Source: Pyrinomonadaceae bacterium (GTDB lineage: Bacteria > Acidobacteriota > Blastocatellia > Pyrinomonadales > Pyrinomonadaceae). From it: a stretch of 64,000 bases of DNA. Positions 16,943-26,518 of the stretch are shown here, in pieces. The stretch lies in assembly GCA_041749275.1 (NCBI GenBank), contig JBGTBQ010000014.1:1751-65750 (forward strand). Direction: 5' to 3'. Made by a program: the position numbers and the translations under genes. The notes beneath the pieces were generated by a model. That model ran no database searches and had not been told where the DNA came from. It saw nothing but the letters and a program-made list of their open reading frames with translations. Every line of letters starts with the position of its first letter. Positions within the stretch are counted from its first letter, which is position 1.

Positions 16943-17710
16943 TTACGAAGGCAGCCCTAGAATAACCTGAAGCGCCTTCGTTATAAAGAAGTCCGCGACG
17001 ATGATTAAGATCGAGGTCATCACCACGGCGGTCGTCGTCGAGCGTCCGACCCCGACCGTCCCCCCTTCGGTCTTCAAGCCCTGCCGGCAGGCCACGGCTC
17101 CGACGATCAGCGCGAAGATGGACGACTTGATAAAGCCGCCGACGATGTCGTCGGTCGTCAGCCCTTCCCAGACCGCCGCCGAGAAGGTGGCCGGGGCCAT
17201 GTCGTAAAGCTGCGTCCCGACCACCCAGCCGCCGAAGATGCCGAGGGCGTCGGCGACCATTGTGAGCAGGGGGAGCGTCACAAACAGCGCGATCAGACGC
17301 GGCGCGACGAGTTTTCGCACCGGGTCAGTGCCTAGTGCGCGCATCGCGTCAATCTGTTGCGAGACGACCATCGAGCCGAGTTCGGCGGCAATGGCGGAAG
17401 CGACGCGCCCCGCCACCATCAGTCCGCTTAAGACTGGCCCCAACTCGCGCACCAGCGCCGTTGCGACGAGTCTTCCCGTCTGATCCTGCGCGCCGTAGTA
17501 TTTGAGTGTCGGATAAGTTTGCAGCGCGAGGACGCCGCCCGTGAAAAAGCCCGTGAGGATGATGATGGTCAGCGAACCGACGCCGATCACATCCATCTGG
17601 GTAATCATTTCCGGGATGTAGGCCGGGCGGCGGAAGAGCCTGCGCGCCGCCCGCGCGGTGAGCAGGGTCGTCTCCTGTACTTCAAGCAGGGCGCGCAGGA
17701 AAATGTTCAT
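16943..17710 (-). CDS. mlaE: ABC transporter permease, MlaE/YrbE family
   Basis: 255 aa. ...VRELGPVLSGLMVAGRVASAIAAELGSMVVSQQIDAMRALGTDP... is typical of MlaE. Its stop is 18 nt upstream of the mlaF start. Confidence 0.85.
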   Translation of the reverse strand: MNIFLRALLEVQETTLLTARAARRLFRRPAYIPEMITQMDVIGVGSLTIIILTGFFTGGVLALQTYPTLKYYGAQDQTGRLVATALVRELGPVLSGLMVAGRVASAIAAELGSMVVSQQIDAMRALGTDPVRKLVAPRLIALFVTLPLLTMVADALGIFGGWVVGTQLYDMAPATFSAAVWEGLTTDDIVGGFIKSSIFALIVGAVACRQGLKTEGGTVGVGRSTTTAVVMTSILIIVADFFITKALQVILGLPS

Positions 17711-17991
17711 GCGGACGTTCTCGGTCGGAACCCGAACTTAAAGCAGGAGATTTGCTGCCCGGCAACATCCATGCAAAAGACGCCGGCAGAGTCGGCAGCC
17801 TAGAGACGAGCGCGGTCGTCGCACGTACAAATTGAGAACATTGTCGTGAACAGCACAAACGAGCGGGCTATGATGTGCAAAAAAAGGTGGAGGCGTCAAG
17901 CAGGAAAAGCATTCATGGGTGATGAATCATACTTGACGAGCGGAAACCAGAGACCTTTCGCACCACTCATCACGCGCCAATCATCCTGCTT

Positions 17992-18636
17992 TTATGGTCT
18001 ATTGAGCAAGCGGCGGCGTTCTTGCCGGGTCGGCGCGGGGCGTCGTGTATTGTCATTGCCCGTGGGAGGGGCGAGGCGTCGGTTAGGGCGATTGTTGAAG
18101 CCCTCGCCCTGTGGTCTCTGTTGGTCTCTTCTTTGAAGCTGTCGCTGAATGCGCTGTTGGGCTTGAGCCTCTCGGCGCAGGTCGCGGAAGCGTTGCAATT
18201 GCTCGGCGGTGAGGACGCGACGGACACGCAACTCAGCCTGCGTGCGGAGCCGAAAGAGAGCGGCCTGCGCCGCGGCCACCTCGCTTGCCCGCTCGCGGAT
18301 CAAGTTTTCGTCAAGGTCGTCGGCGTAGATCGCCTCGTCGAGCGCGCGTCGCGCCTGATTCAAACGGCGCATAAGTGGGCGCCCCTCAAGATCGCTCTGT
18401 TGGCGGATGGCGCGCAACTGCTCAATCTGCTCCGGGGTCAGGTTCAATAGACGAAGTAGGCTGATCTCGTCGCGCGGTCCGGCGGGTGGCGCGGCGCCCT
18501 CCGGTCTCGGCGGCGCATCCTGCACGGCCTGCGCGCGGGCGGTGGAGCCGGGAGGGAAGAGTACGAGCACGGACAAGGCAAGCCCTGAAGTGAAACCCAT
18601 GATTGACTTGCCGTTGAATAGTTTCATCAGACGCAT
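17992..18636 (-). CDS. Periplasmic LTxxQ-motif (CpxP/Spy-like) protein
   Basis: Signal peptide, two LTxxQ motifs (LTPEQIEQL, LTAEQLQRF) and an Arg/Gln-rich tail. Immediately downstream of the ECF sigma / anti-sigma pair. Confidence 0.6.
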   Translation of the reverse strand: MRLMKLFNGKSIMGFTSGLALSVLVLFPPGSTARAQAVQDAPPRPEGAAPPAGPRDEISLLRLLNLTPEQIEQLRAIRQQSDLEGRPLMRRLNQARRALDEAIYADDLDENLIRERASEVAAAQAALFRLRTQAELRVRRVLTAEQLQRFRDLRREAQAQQRIQRQLQRRDQQRPQGEGFNNRPNRRLAPPTGNDNTRRPAPTRQERRRLLNRP

Positions 18637-18704
18637 TCCTATCGAAAACTTCCTCGGTGAATCGAAAGCGCTGAGGCGCGCCTTGTGCTCGGCGCTTGCT
18701 TCGC

Positions 18705-19484
18705 TCAGTAAACGCCGCCCAATAGATCGGAGAGCCGTGGCAATTCGTCGTCGTCAGTTCGCATCACGAGGTCTTGACGCTGCGACGACGGAGGGACTGT
18801 CCGCTTGCGGCGTGGGGTGCGCGGCGACGGGGTTGAGGCCAACTCCGGTCGCGGCGACTTTTCGGATGAGTCGCTTGCTTTGATGACAGGTTGGGTTGAG
18901 TCAATCTCCGATTGCCACTGCTTGCGGGCGTCCTCAATTTCACGGTTGACGATGTTGGCGACCTCGGCTTGTGAGAATCCATTCGGCGCGGGCGCTTCCT
19001 TCACGATAACACGCTCGTTGACGCCGGTTCGGAATGCGATGCCGTTCGCGTCCCAGCGAATCTCCGTGCGCGCGATTGTCAGCGCCGTTAACGCGCAGAC
19101 CATGAGAGTCGCGGCAACCGCCCCGGCTTGGAGCCATCGCGGCGAGAGCGAGAAGAATTCGCGCATGGCGGCGATGGCGGAACGTCCGCGCGCGGGAGTT
19201 GAGGGAGCCGCGTGAGCGAAAGGCGAGATCAGTTCATCAACATCCAGCAGCGGAGCCGCGCTCAAGGCATCCGCGCGTTGCGCGCCGACGAGTTCGCGCA
19301 CCTGACCGAAGGCGGCCAGTTCGTCGCGGCAGACGGCGCACGAGTGAAGGTGCTGATGGAAGGTTGCGCTCGCTTCCGACGACGCCTCACCGTAAAGGTA
19401 CGCGACGAGGTCTTCGGCGCGCTCACAGCCGCGCGCCGGCGTCTCGTGGTTCGTTACATTAGCGTCTTTCATCATCTCGTTCAT
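18705..19484 (-). CDS. Anti-sigma factor (zf-HC2, single-pass membrane)
   Basis: Part of track ORF 18705..19985(-). The real start MNEMMKDANV is at 19484, overlapping the sigma-factor stop (ATGA). HLHSCAVCRDELAAF zinc finger and one TM helix (WLQAGAVAATLMVCALTALTIA). Confidence 0.75.
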   Translation of the reverse strand: MNEMMKDANVTNHETPARGCERAEDLVAYLYGEASSEASATFHQHLHSCAVCRDELAAFGQVRELVGAQRADALSAAPLLDVDELISPFAHAAPSTPARGRSAIAAMREFFSLSPRWLQAGAVAATLMVCALTALTIARTEIRWDANGIAFRTGVNERVIVKEAPAPNGFSQAEVANIVNREIEDARKQWQSEIDSTQPVIKASDSSEKSPRPELASTPSPRTPRRKRTVPPSSQRQDLVMRTDDDELPRLSDLLGGVY

Positions 19485-20071
19485 TGTGGGGCAACCTCCG
19501 TGCTGAACTTGCCGAGTCGCATCCGAAGTTGGTTGAGGGCCGTGTAGACGCGGCTCTTGACCGTACTCAAAGGTATCTGGAGCGCGTCGGCAATCTCCTG
19601 AAATGTCAGCTCCTCGAACTCCTTCATCAACACTACCTGCCGCAACTCCGGCGGAAGCGACAGCACTGCCTTTCGCACCGCCGCGTTCCGCTCTCTGATC
19701 TCCGCTGAATGGGCCGGCGACGCTTTCGCGGACGTGGCGAGGAAACTCTCGCCAGTCGTTTCCAGAAGCTCTTCGATTCCGGTCTCCGGACGCACGCGCG
19801 TGCGTCGCTGCCGCGTGATGCACTGATTGACCGCAATGCGGTGCAGCCATGACGACACTTTCGCGTCTCCGCGAAAACCCGCGAGGTTGCGGAAGGCCGC
19901 GATAAAGGTCTCCTGCGTCGCGTCGCGCGCGTCCTCCGCGCTGCCGAGCATACCGAACGTGAGCGCGAAAATCTTGCGCTCCCAACGGCGGACGATTTCG
20001 CCGAAGGCGTCAATGTCCCCGCCCAGCGCTCGTTCCACGATCTGCTCGTCGCTCGTCGCCGTTACATTCAT
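19481..20071 (-). CDS. ECF (group IV) RNA polymerase sigma factor
   Basis: Region 2 ...ETFIAAFRNLAGFRGDAKVSSWLHRIAVNQC... and region 4 LPPELRQVVLMKEFEELTFQEIADALQIPLSTVKSRV. Confidence 0.9.
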   Translation of the reverse strand: MNVTATSDEQIVERALGGDIDAFGEIVRRWERKIFALTFGMLGSAEDARDATQETFIAAFRNLAGFRGDAKVSSWLHRIAVNQCITRQRRTRVRPETGIEELLETTGESFLATSAKASPAHSAEIRERNAAVRKAVLSLPPELRQVVLMKEFEELTFQEIADALQIPLSTVKSRVYTALNQLRMRLGKFSTEVAPQ

Positions 20072-20252
20072 TCTTTGGATACAGCGTCCGAAATCGAGCG
20101 CCGGAACAGCACGCTCAATGACTTAGACGCATGAGTTCGGTTTTTAGTCTGTAAATGAATCAGACGGTTGCAGGTGACGGACACCCTCGCGGAAGCGGTC
20201 GGGCGCATAAGAATCGGTTAAAAATCCCATGATACCGCCTCTTTTATCAACA

Positions 20253-20304
20253 AGTTAAAGTTGCTTTAACTCTATTGACAGTCTTGCTCGTCAGCCCGTA
20301 CTAT
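20253..20304 (+). promoter_or_regulatory. Candidate sigma-70 promoter of the HD-GYP gene, preceded by a 19-bp palindrome
   Basis: TTGACA (20275-20280), an 18-nt spacer, then TACTAT (20299-20304). The palindrome AGTTAAAG-ttg-CTTTAACT (20253-20271) abuts the -35 element. Confidence 0.4.
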
Positions 20305-20404
20305 CAAGATAGCGTGCGGCCTCAAGTCGGAGGTTGCACGCGAGCTACTAAACTTCCAGACACACCTTCGGATTCTACCCCTTTCGCCACGGAAACTCTC
20401 AATA

Positions 20405-22258
20405 ATGTTTGAACGATTCAAGCGCGTGCGACTGCTCTACATCGTTCTGGGTACGATGCTTGTCATCAGCTTAGTGCCGCTCGGCATGGCCGGTTGGATG
20501 CTCTCGAACCGGAGCGCCAACGAACTGCGTTCGATTGAAGGGCGCTACCAAGCGCAGTTAGTGCAGGACAAGGCGCGGCAGATTGAGCTTTACGGGCAGC
20601 GTTACCGCTCCGTGGTGACGGGACTGGCGCGCGCGTTCGAGTTGACGGGCGGGATCGGAATTCTCGGCGATGCCGGCGGCGAGCAGCGCTTGCAAAAGAC
20701 GGTTGAAGAGGACAAGAACCTGATTGCGCTGGCGATATTGCCGGTCGCCGGCACGCCGCACGTGGCCTACAAGTTGGAGTCCATCGGGCGCGAAGAGGTC
20801 AACGCGCGTCTGAACGCGACCCTCTCACACATGTCCGAAAGTGGCGTCCGCATCAGCGGGCCGCACGTCATTCGTTCGAGTCAGGAGATGGCGCTGACGG
20901 TCGCCACGCCCATCATGGGCGGCGGGGAAGGGAACGAGGTCGTCGCGGCGATTGTCGCCATCGTCTCTTTTCAGGAGGTGTTTTCGTCCGTCCAGCAACA
21001 GACCTCGATGAGCGAAAGCGAACTACTCGAACGCGGCCTGCCCGTCGTCTTCGTCATCAACCGAGACGGAAAGGCGGTCGCCCACCCGGACGCGCGCGTG
21101 GCCTTCGCCGAACGCTCGATGCGCGACTTGAAGGTCGTGCAGGAGTGGATAGCGGTCGGGCAACAGGTGAAATCCGCGCTCGCACCCTTCTCCGCCGAGA
21201 GAGACGGGCGCGATGTGAAGATGCTCGGCGCTTATGCCACCGCGCGCCTCGACGACGACGCGCGCCTCGGAGTCATCGCCATTCAGGATGAGCAGGCGGC
21301 GCTCCGCTCCGTCACGGATATGCGGCGCCAGACCTACTTCATCAGCCTGTTTGCCGCGCTCATCACAATGCTTATCGGCTTCCTCTCCGCCAAGCAGTTG
21401 ACGCGCCCCGTGCGCGAGTTGGCCGAAGGCGCGCACCGCATTGCCAGCGGCGACTTCTCGCAGCGCATCAACGTGCGGAGCCGCACGGAGATCGGTGAGT
21501 TGGGTGACTCGTTCAATCAGATGACCGACCAGCTCGAACAACTCGTCGCCGATCTCAGGAACGCGGCGGCGGAGAATCTTCAGTTGTTTCTCGGCACGGT
21601 GAAGGCGCTCGCCGCCGCGATTGACGGCAAAGACCCGTACACGCGCGGCCATTCGGAGCGCGTCGCACGCTTCTCGCTGGCGATTGCCGAACGCCTCGAA
21701 CTGCCCGACGACGAGACCGAAAAGCTGCGGATCAGCGCGCTCTTGCATGATGTCGGCAAGATCGGGATTGACGACAACATTCTGAAGAAGCCCGCCGCGC
21801 TGACCAACGAAGAGTACGAGATTATGAAGCAGCACCCGCAAAAAGGGTACAAGATCATGTCGCAGATTCCGGCGATGCGCGACTTCCTGCCCGGCATGTA
21901 CATGCACCACGAGATGATGGACGGGAACGGCTATCCGCAGGGTCTCAAGGGCGATGAGATTCCGATGCAGGCGCGGATCGTTTCGGTCGCTGACACTTTC
22001 GATGCGATGACGACCGACCGCCCGTACCAGAAGGGCATGAGTCTGGAGGATGCCGTCGCGCGCATCAAGACTTTCGTCGGCACGCGCTACGACGAGCGCG
22101 TCGTGGCGGCGCTGGTCGAGGCGTGCGAGACGGGACAGATCACGCCCGGTCGTGTCCGCCTCTCGAAGCGCGCCAAGGAACTAGCCGGGTCACTCAGCCT
22201 CAAGCCTTCCGTCGCCGTGCAGTCGTCGCCGGTATCCGAACGGACTCAGCCGGTTTAG
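20405..22258 (+). CDS. Membrane sensor HD-GYP-domain protein (putative c-di-GMP phosphodiesterase) with a HAMP domain
   Basis: Two TM helices flank a periplasmic domain of about 280 aa. HAMP (PVRELAEGAHRIASGDFSQRI); HD-GYP (HSERVA...LLHDVGKIGI...HHEMMDGNGYPQGL). Confidence 0.85.
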   Translation: MFERFKRVRLLYIVLGTMLVISLVPLGMAGWMLSNRSANELRSIEGRYQAQLVQDKARQIELYGQRYRSVVTGLARAFELTGGIGILGDAGGEQRLQKTVEEDKNLIALAILPVAGTPHVAYKLESIGREEVNARLNATLSHMSESGVRISGPHVIRSSQEMALTVATPIMGGGEGNEVVAAIVAIVSFQEVFSSVQQQTSMSESELLERGLPVVFVINRDGKAVAHPDARVAFAERSMRDLKVVQEWIAVGQQVKSALAPFSAERDGRDVKMLGAYATARLDDDARLGVIAIQDEQAALRSVTDMRRQTYFISLFAALITMLIGFLSAKQLTRPVRELAEGAHRIASGDFSQRINVRSRTEIGELGDSFNQMTDQLEQLVADLRNAAAENLQLFLGTVKALAAAIDGKDPYTRGHSERVARFSLAIAERLELPDDETEKLRISALLHDVGKIGIDDNILKKPAALTNEEYEIMKQHPQKGYKIMSQIPAMRDFLPGMYMHHEMMDGNGYPQGLKGDEIPMQARIVSVADTFDAMTTDRPYQKGMSLEDAVARIKTFVGTRYDERVVAALVEACETGQITPGRVRLSKRAKELAGSLSLKPSVAVQSSPVSERTQPV

Positions 22259-22428
22259 AGATTCAAACTAAAGAGCGCCGGGCAGTAGCCGGGAGCACGC
22301 GCGTCAACTGACAGCGCGGGCATCGGTGTGTGCCGTGCTCTCGTGGGCGTTCGTGCGAGACGGGGCCGGTTTGAGGTAGGATACCGCGGCTGGACATCTG
22401 GCGTCGGCCCGACGATTGGAGAGGGTGG

Positions 22429-23793
22429 ATGCGGTTGCACTACTTCAATGGGTGGTGGAAAGTGATTCAGTTGGCTCGTCTCTCGAAAATAAAAGTGTCG
22501 CGTGGTTTGGTGCTGCTTCTCCTCGTGTTGGCGGGCGGAGGATGCGGCGGCTGGTGGTCGTCCGCTCCGCGGCCCGCCGCCGCGACCCGCCCCGCGACCT
22601 CGTTCGACGACAACAGCGAAAACGTCATCCGCGAACTCGAAGTCCGCGTGAAGCGCGACCCCGAAGATTTCATCGCCTATAACAAGCTCTGCGGCTACTA
22701 TCTTCAGCGCCTGCGCGAGACGGGCGACATCAGTTACCTCGAACTCGCCACGCGCGCGGCGCGCGCCTCGCTCGACATCCTGCCCGTCGAGATGAACAAA
22801 GGCGCGCTGGCCGCACTGGCGCAGGCCGAATACGCCGCGCACGATTTCAATAAGGCGCGCGAGCACGCCCTCCTGTTGACGCAATACGAGCCGAACAAAT
22901 CCTCTTCTCATCAAATACTGGGCGACGCGCTGCTTGAGTTGGGCGATTACGAAGGAGCGGCGGAAGCGTATCGGCGGATGGAGCAACTGGGCGCGGGCGG
23001 CGTCGGCGCCGAGACGCGGCTCGCGCGTCTGGCACTGCTGCGCGGTCAGACGGATGTTGCGCGGAAGCGATTTTCGACCGCCCTCAACGGTGCGCTCAAT
23101 CAAACTCCGGCGGTTCGTGAGACCATCGCATGGTGTTGGTGGCAGCGGGGCGAAGTCGAGTTCGCAACGGGTGATTACGAGAAGGCCGAGCAGTACTACG
23201 GTGAGGCGCTGTCGGTCTTCCCCGGCTACTTTCAGGCGCTCGCCGCGACAGGGCGCATCCGCGCCGCGCGCGGCGACATGGCGGGCGCGCTTGAGCACTA
23301 TGAACGCACCGTCCGTGCCCGCCCTGACCCGGCCTTCGTCGCCGCGCTCGGCGATTTGTATAAACTCGCGGGGCGTGAGGCTGATGCCGCCGCGCAGTAC
23401 ACACTCGTCGAGCAGATCGCGCGACTCAGCGCGCTCAACGGCGCGCTCTATAACCGTCAACTAGCGCTCTTCTACGCCGACCATGACATGAAAGCTGAAG
23501 AGGGATATGCGCTCGCCGTCGAAGAATACAAGGTTCGGCGCGACATCTACGGCGCGGACGCGGTGGCGTGGACGGCGCTCAAGGCCGGAAAGTTGGGGGA
23601 AGCGCAGACGGCGATTAAAGATGCGCTCCGTCTCGGCACGAAGGACGCCCGGCTTCTCTATCACGCCGGTATGATCGCCCACGCTTCGGGAGACCGTAAT
23701 GCGGCCCGCGATTATCTCACGCGCGCCCTCGCGCTTAACCCACAGTTCGACCCGCTGCAATCAACGGTCGCGCGCAAGCATCTGGAAAACTGA
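22429..23793 (+). CDS. TPR-repeat (lipo)protein
   Basis: 454 aa. N-terminal hydrophobic segment with LAGGGC (possible lipobox), then multiple TPR-like A..Y..AL...P repeats. GGAGAGGGTGG lies upstream of the ATG. Confidence 0.65.
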   Translation: MRLHYFNGWWKVIQLARLSKIKVSRGLVLLLLVLAGGGCGGWWSSAPRPAAATRPATSFDDNSENVIRELEVRVKRDPEDFIAYNKLCGYYLQRLRETGDISYLELATRAARASLDILPVEMNKGALAALAQAEYAAHDFNKAREHALLLTQYEPNKSSSHQILGDALLELGDYEGAAEAYRRMEQLGAGGVGAETRLARLALLRGQTDVARKRFSTALNGALNQTPAVRETIAWCWWQRGEVEFATGDYEKAEQYYGEALSVFPGYFQALAATGRIRAARGDMAGALEHYERTVRARPDPAFVAALGDLYKLAGREADAAAQYTLVEQIARLSALNGALYNRQLALFYADHDMKAEEGYALAVEEYKVRRDIYGADAVAWTALKAGKLGEAQTAIKDALRLGTKDARLLYHAGMIAHASGDRNAARDYLTRALALNPQFDPLQSTVARKHLEN

Positions 23794-23858
23794 CGCGCGT
23801 CACACTCCACTTCGCGTCAGTCAGACCGCCATCACAGTTGCGAGAGCGGTGAGCGCTT

Positions 23859-23888
23859 TTGTTGTCGCGCGGCGGTTGCGTCTATAAT
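23859..23888 (+). promoter_or_regulatory. Candidate sigma-70 promoter of ftsY
   Basis: TTGTTG (23859-23864), an 18-nt spacer, then TATAAT (23883-23888), 48 nt upstream of the ftsY ATG. Confidence 0.35.
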
Positions 23889-23935
23889 CACTGACTTTGA
23901 ATCGAGCATAAAATAGTAGAGGATTTATCTATCAC

Positions 23936-25318
23936 ATGGGACTTTTCTGGAGACGCAAAAAAGACGACCGTTACATCACGCTCGGACTCAACGAACCCGC
24001 GGCGCAGACCGCCGAAGAGAGCGATGGCGCGGAAGCTGAAGCGCCCGCGAAACTCGAACCTCCCGCCGGCACAGCCACGGTTGAAGCCGCGCGGACGTTA
24101 CTGCCCACACCGCCCGTCATCGAGCCTGTTGCGACGGGCGCACCGCCGACGCCGCTGACAGCACACGAATCAGGGTTGTCTGACGCGGAAAAAAGAGAGG
24201 TTGGCGTAAATGCGCGCACGACCCCCGTCGCTTCGCGGGCGGAAGGCGGCGCGGCCCACACCGACAACGGGCAAACGGGGACTAGACAGCCGCCACCCGT
24301 AGCGCCCGTCCGTTCCTCGTTCCAAAATTCGGTGCTCGGTCTCGACCGCTCGATTGAAGAGTTGCAAGCCGAAGAGGCGGCGCTCGAACAGGTCTTTGCC
24401 ACGCGCTTCCGCCGCGCCATCGAGGCAACGCGCGAGTCGCTCTCCGAGAAGATTGACACGGTCTTTCAGGGGCGCAAGGTCATTGACGCTGACCTGCTGG
24501 ACGAACTCGAAGAAGCGCTCATCGCCGCCGACATCGGCGTGCAGACAACCGTTGACATCCTCGACACGGTGCGCCGCGGCATCTCGCGCAAGGAGATCGG
24601 CGACATCGAGGCGCTCAAGGGCGCGCTCAAACACGAACTGCTTTCGATCCTTCAGCAGTCCGAGCGTGAGGGCGTCGCTTCCGAAGAGAGCGTGCCGGAG
24701 TCGGTCGCGCCCTACGTCATCATGGTCGTCGGCGTCAACGGCGTCGGCAAGACGACAACCATCGGCAAGCTCGCGCAACGCATCAAGGCCGAGGGCAACG
24801 ACGTGCTCATCTGCGCGGCGGATACCTTCCGCGCCGCCGCCACCGACCAGCTCGCCATCTGGGCGGAGCGCACCGGCGTCCCGCTCATTCAGCAGAAGCA
24901 GGGCACCGACCCGGCGGCAGTTCTCTTCGACGCGCTCAAAGCGGCGAAGGCAAGAAATTCCGACGTGCTCATCGTGGACACCGCCGGGCGTCTCCACAAC
25001 AAGGCGAACCTGATGGCCGAGCTTGAGAAGATGAAGCGCGTCGCGGGCCGCGAGGTCGAAGGCGCGCCGCACGAGACGCTCCTCGTTCTCGATGCCGTGA
25101 CCGGGCAGAACGGATTAGAGCAGGCGCGACAGTTCCTCAAGGTCGCGGGCGTGACCGGCATCGTCCTGACCAAGCTCGACGGCACGGCCAAAGGCGGCAT
25201 CGCCGTCGCCATCGCGCGCGAACTGCGGCTGCCGATTCGCTACGCCGGCATCGGTGAAAAGGTTGACGACCTCGTCGTCTTCGACCCGGAGCAGTATGTC
25301 AACGGACTCTTCAACTGA
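23936..25318 (+). CDS. ftsY: Signal recognition particle receptor FtsY
   Basis: Acidic, Pro-rich N-terminal A-domain, then an NG domain with [20 protein letters not shown] and [10 protein letters not shown]. Confidence 0.95.
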   Translation: MGLFWRRKKDDRYITLGLNEPAAQTAEESDGAEAEAPAKLEPPAGTATVEAARTLLPTPPVIEPVATGAPPTPLTAHESGLSDAEKREVGVNARTTPVASRAEGGAAHTDNGQTGTRQPPPVAPVRSSFQNSVLGLDRSIEELQAEEAALEQVFATRFRRAIEATRESLSEKIDTVFQGRKVIDADLLDELEEALIAADIGVQTTVDILDTVRRGISRKEIGDIEALKGALKHELLSILQQSEREGVASEESVPESVAPYVIMVVGVNGVGKTTTIGKLAQRIKAEGNDVLICAADTFRAAATDQLAIWAERTGVPLIQQKQGTDPAAVLFDALKAAKARNSDVLIVDTAGRLHNKANLMAELEKMKRVAGREVEGAPHETLLVLDAVTGQNGLEQARQFLKVAGVTGIVLTKLDGTAKGGIAVAIARELRLPIRYAGIGEKVDDLVVFDPEQYVNGLFN

Positions 25319-25415
25319 GTTCAAAGTTCAAAGTTCAAGGTTCAAAGTTAGAATTGCGACAACGCGCCTTGAGCTTTGGCTTTGAACTTTGAACTTTGAA
25401 CTTTGAACTTTGAAC
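25319..25415. repeat. Heptamer-repeat hairpin: (GTTCAAA)x4-5 opposite (TTTGAAC)x5
   Basis: Left arm 25319-25353 is GTTCAAA GTTCAAA GTTCAAG GTTCAAA GTTAGAA and starts 1 nt after the ftsY stop. Loop of about 20 nt. Right arm 25381-25415 is TTTGAAC x5 (preceded by the degenerate CTTTGGC). Confidence 0.85.
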
Positions 25416-25435
25416 TAGAATCAGATGAGCGCTTC

Positions 25436-26518
25436 ATGCGTCGCGCCCTCGAACTCGCCGCGCGTGGACGGGGGCAGGTGAGTCCGAGTCCGCTCGTCGG
25501 CTGCGTGATTGTTGACGAAGCGGGTGAGACGGTCGGCGAAGGTTACTATGTTTACGAGCAGGTGAAGCACGCTGAAACGCTCGCGCTTGAACAGACGGGC
25601 GCGCGTGCGCGCGGCGCGACAGCGTTCGTCTCGCTCGAACCGCACGCGCACACGGGGCGGACGCCGCCGTGCACCACGGCTCTCATCAAGGCGGGCGTCC
25701 GCCGCGTCGTGGCGCCGATTGAAGACCCGAACCCGCTCGTCTCAGGCAAGGGCTTCGCGCATCTACGCGAGGCCGGTGTCGTCGTCACGACGGGCGCGCT
25801 GGCGCAAGAAGCCACGCGGCTGAACGAAAAATATATCCACGCGATGCGCGAGGAACGACCCTTTGTCCACCTTAAACTCGCGTGCTCGCTCGACGGTCGC
25901 ATCGCCACGCAAACGGGCGACGCGCGCTGGATCACGGGCGAAGAATCGCGCGCGCGCGTTCATAAATTGCGGCGCGAGTGCGACGCCATTCTTGTCGGGG
26001 CCGGGACGGTGCGGCAAGACGACCCGCTCCTGACAGATCGAAGCGGCCTCGCACGTCACCGCCCGCTCGTCCGGGTGGTGCTCGACGAACGCTTGCAACT
26101 GCCGCCCGACTCGAACCTCGCGCGGACTGCGAGCGAAACACCAGTCATCGTCTTCACTTCGACCAGCGCGTGCGCTGAAAAAGTCGCTCAGTTGGAAAAA
26201 AGCGGCGTGGAAATCGTGCGCGATGCTTCCGGCGGGCGCGACCTCGGCGCGGTCTTAAAGGAGTTGCACCGCCGCACACTGCATAGCCTGTTGGTCGAAG
26301 GGGGCGCGAACGTCGCCGGGCGTTTTCTCGAAGCCGGCCTCGTCAACAAGGTGAGTTTCTTCATCGCCCCCATCATCATCGGCGGCGACGCTCGGCCCGC
26401 CATCAGCGGCGCAAACGCACTCACCATCAGCGAGGCGCATAAACTCCGCGACCTCGAAATCACGCGCCATGGCGACGACATGGAGATCACCGGCTACTTG
26501 AAAACAGATGTCAGATGA
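25436..26518 (+). CDS. ribD: Bifunctional riboflavin biosynthesis deaminase/reductase RibD
   Basis: ORF 25403..26518(+). The ATG at 25436 (MRRALELAARGRG) is preferred because the upstream TTG lies inside the heptamer repeat, but the start remains uncertain. Deaminase HAE...LEPHAHTGRTPPC and a C-terminal reductase domain. Confidence 0.85.
   Translation: MRRALELAARGRGQVSPSPLVGCVIVDEAGETVGEGYYVYEQVKHAETLALEQTGARARGATAFVSLEPHAHTGRTPPCTTALIKAGVRRVVAPIEDPNPLVSGKGFAHLREAGVVVTTGALAQEATRLNEKYIHAMREERPFVHLKLACSLDGRIATQTGDARWITGEESRARVHKLRRECDAILVGAGTVRQDDPLLTDRSGLARHRPLVRVVLDERLQLPPDSNLARTASETPVIVFTSTSACAEKVAQLEKSGVEIVRDASGGRDLGAVLKELHRRTLHSLLVEGGANVAGRFLEAGLVNKVSFFIAPIIIGGDARPAISGANALTISEAHKLRDLEITRHGDDMEITGYLKTDVR

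Noticed and set aside
18705-19985. 426-aa ORF treated as a single gene
   Set aside because: Its first ~167 codons run in an alternative frame across the ECF sigma-factor gene. The real product is the 259-aa anti-sigma factor, which starts at MNEMMKD (19484) with an ATGA overlap on the sigma stop.
25319-25435. FMN riboswitch upstream of ribD
   Set aside because: The 117-nt spacer consists almost entirely of the GTTCAAA/TTTGAAC hairpin. None of the conserved FMN-element blocks are visible.
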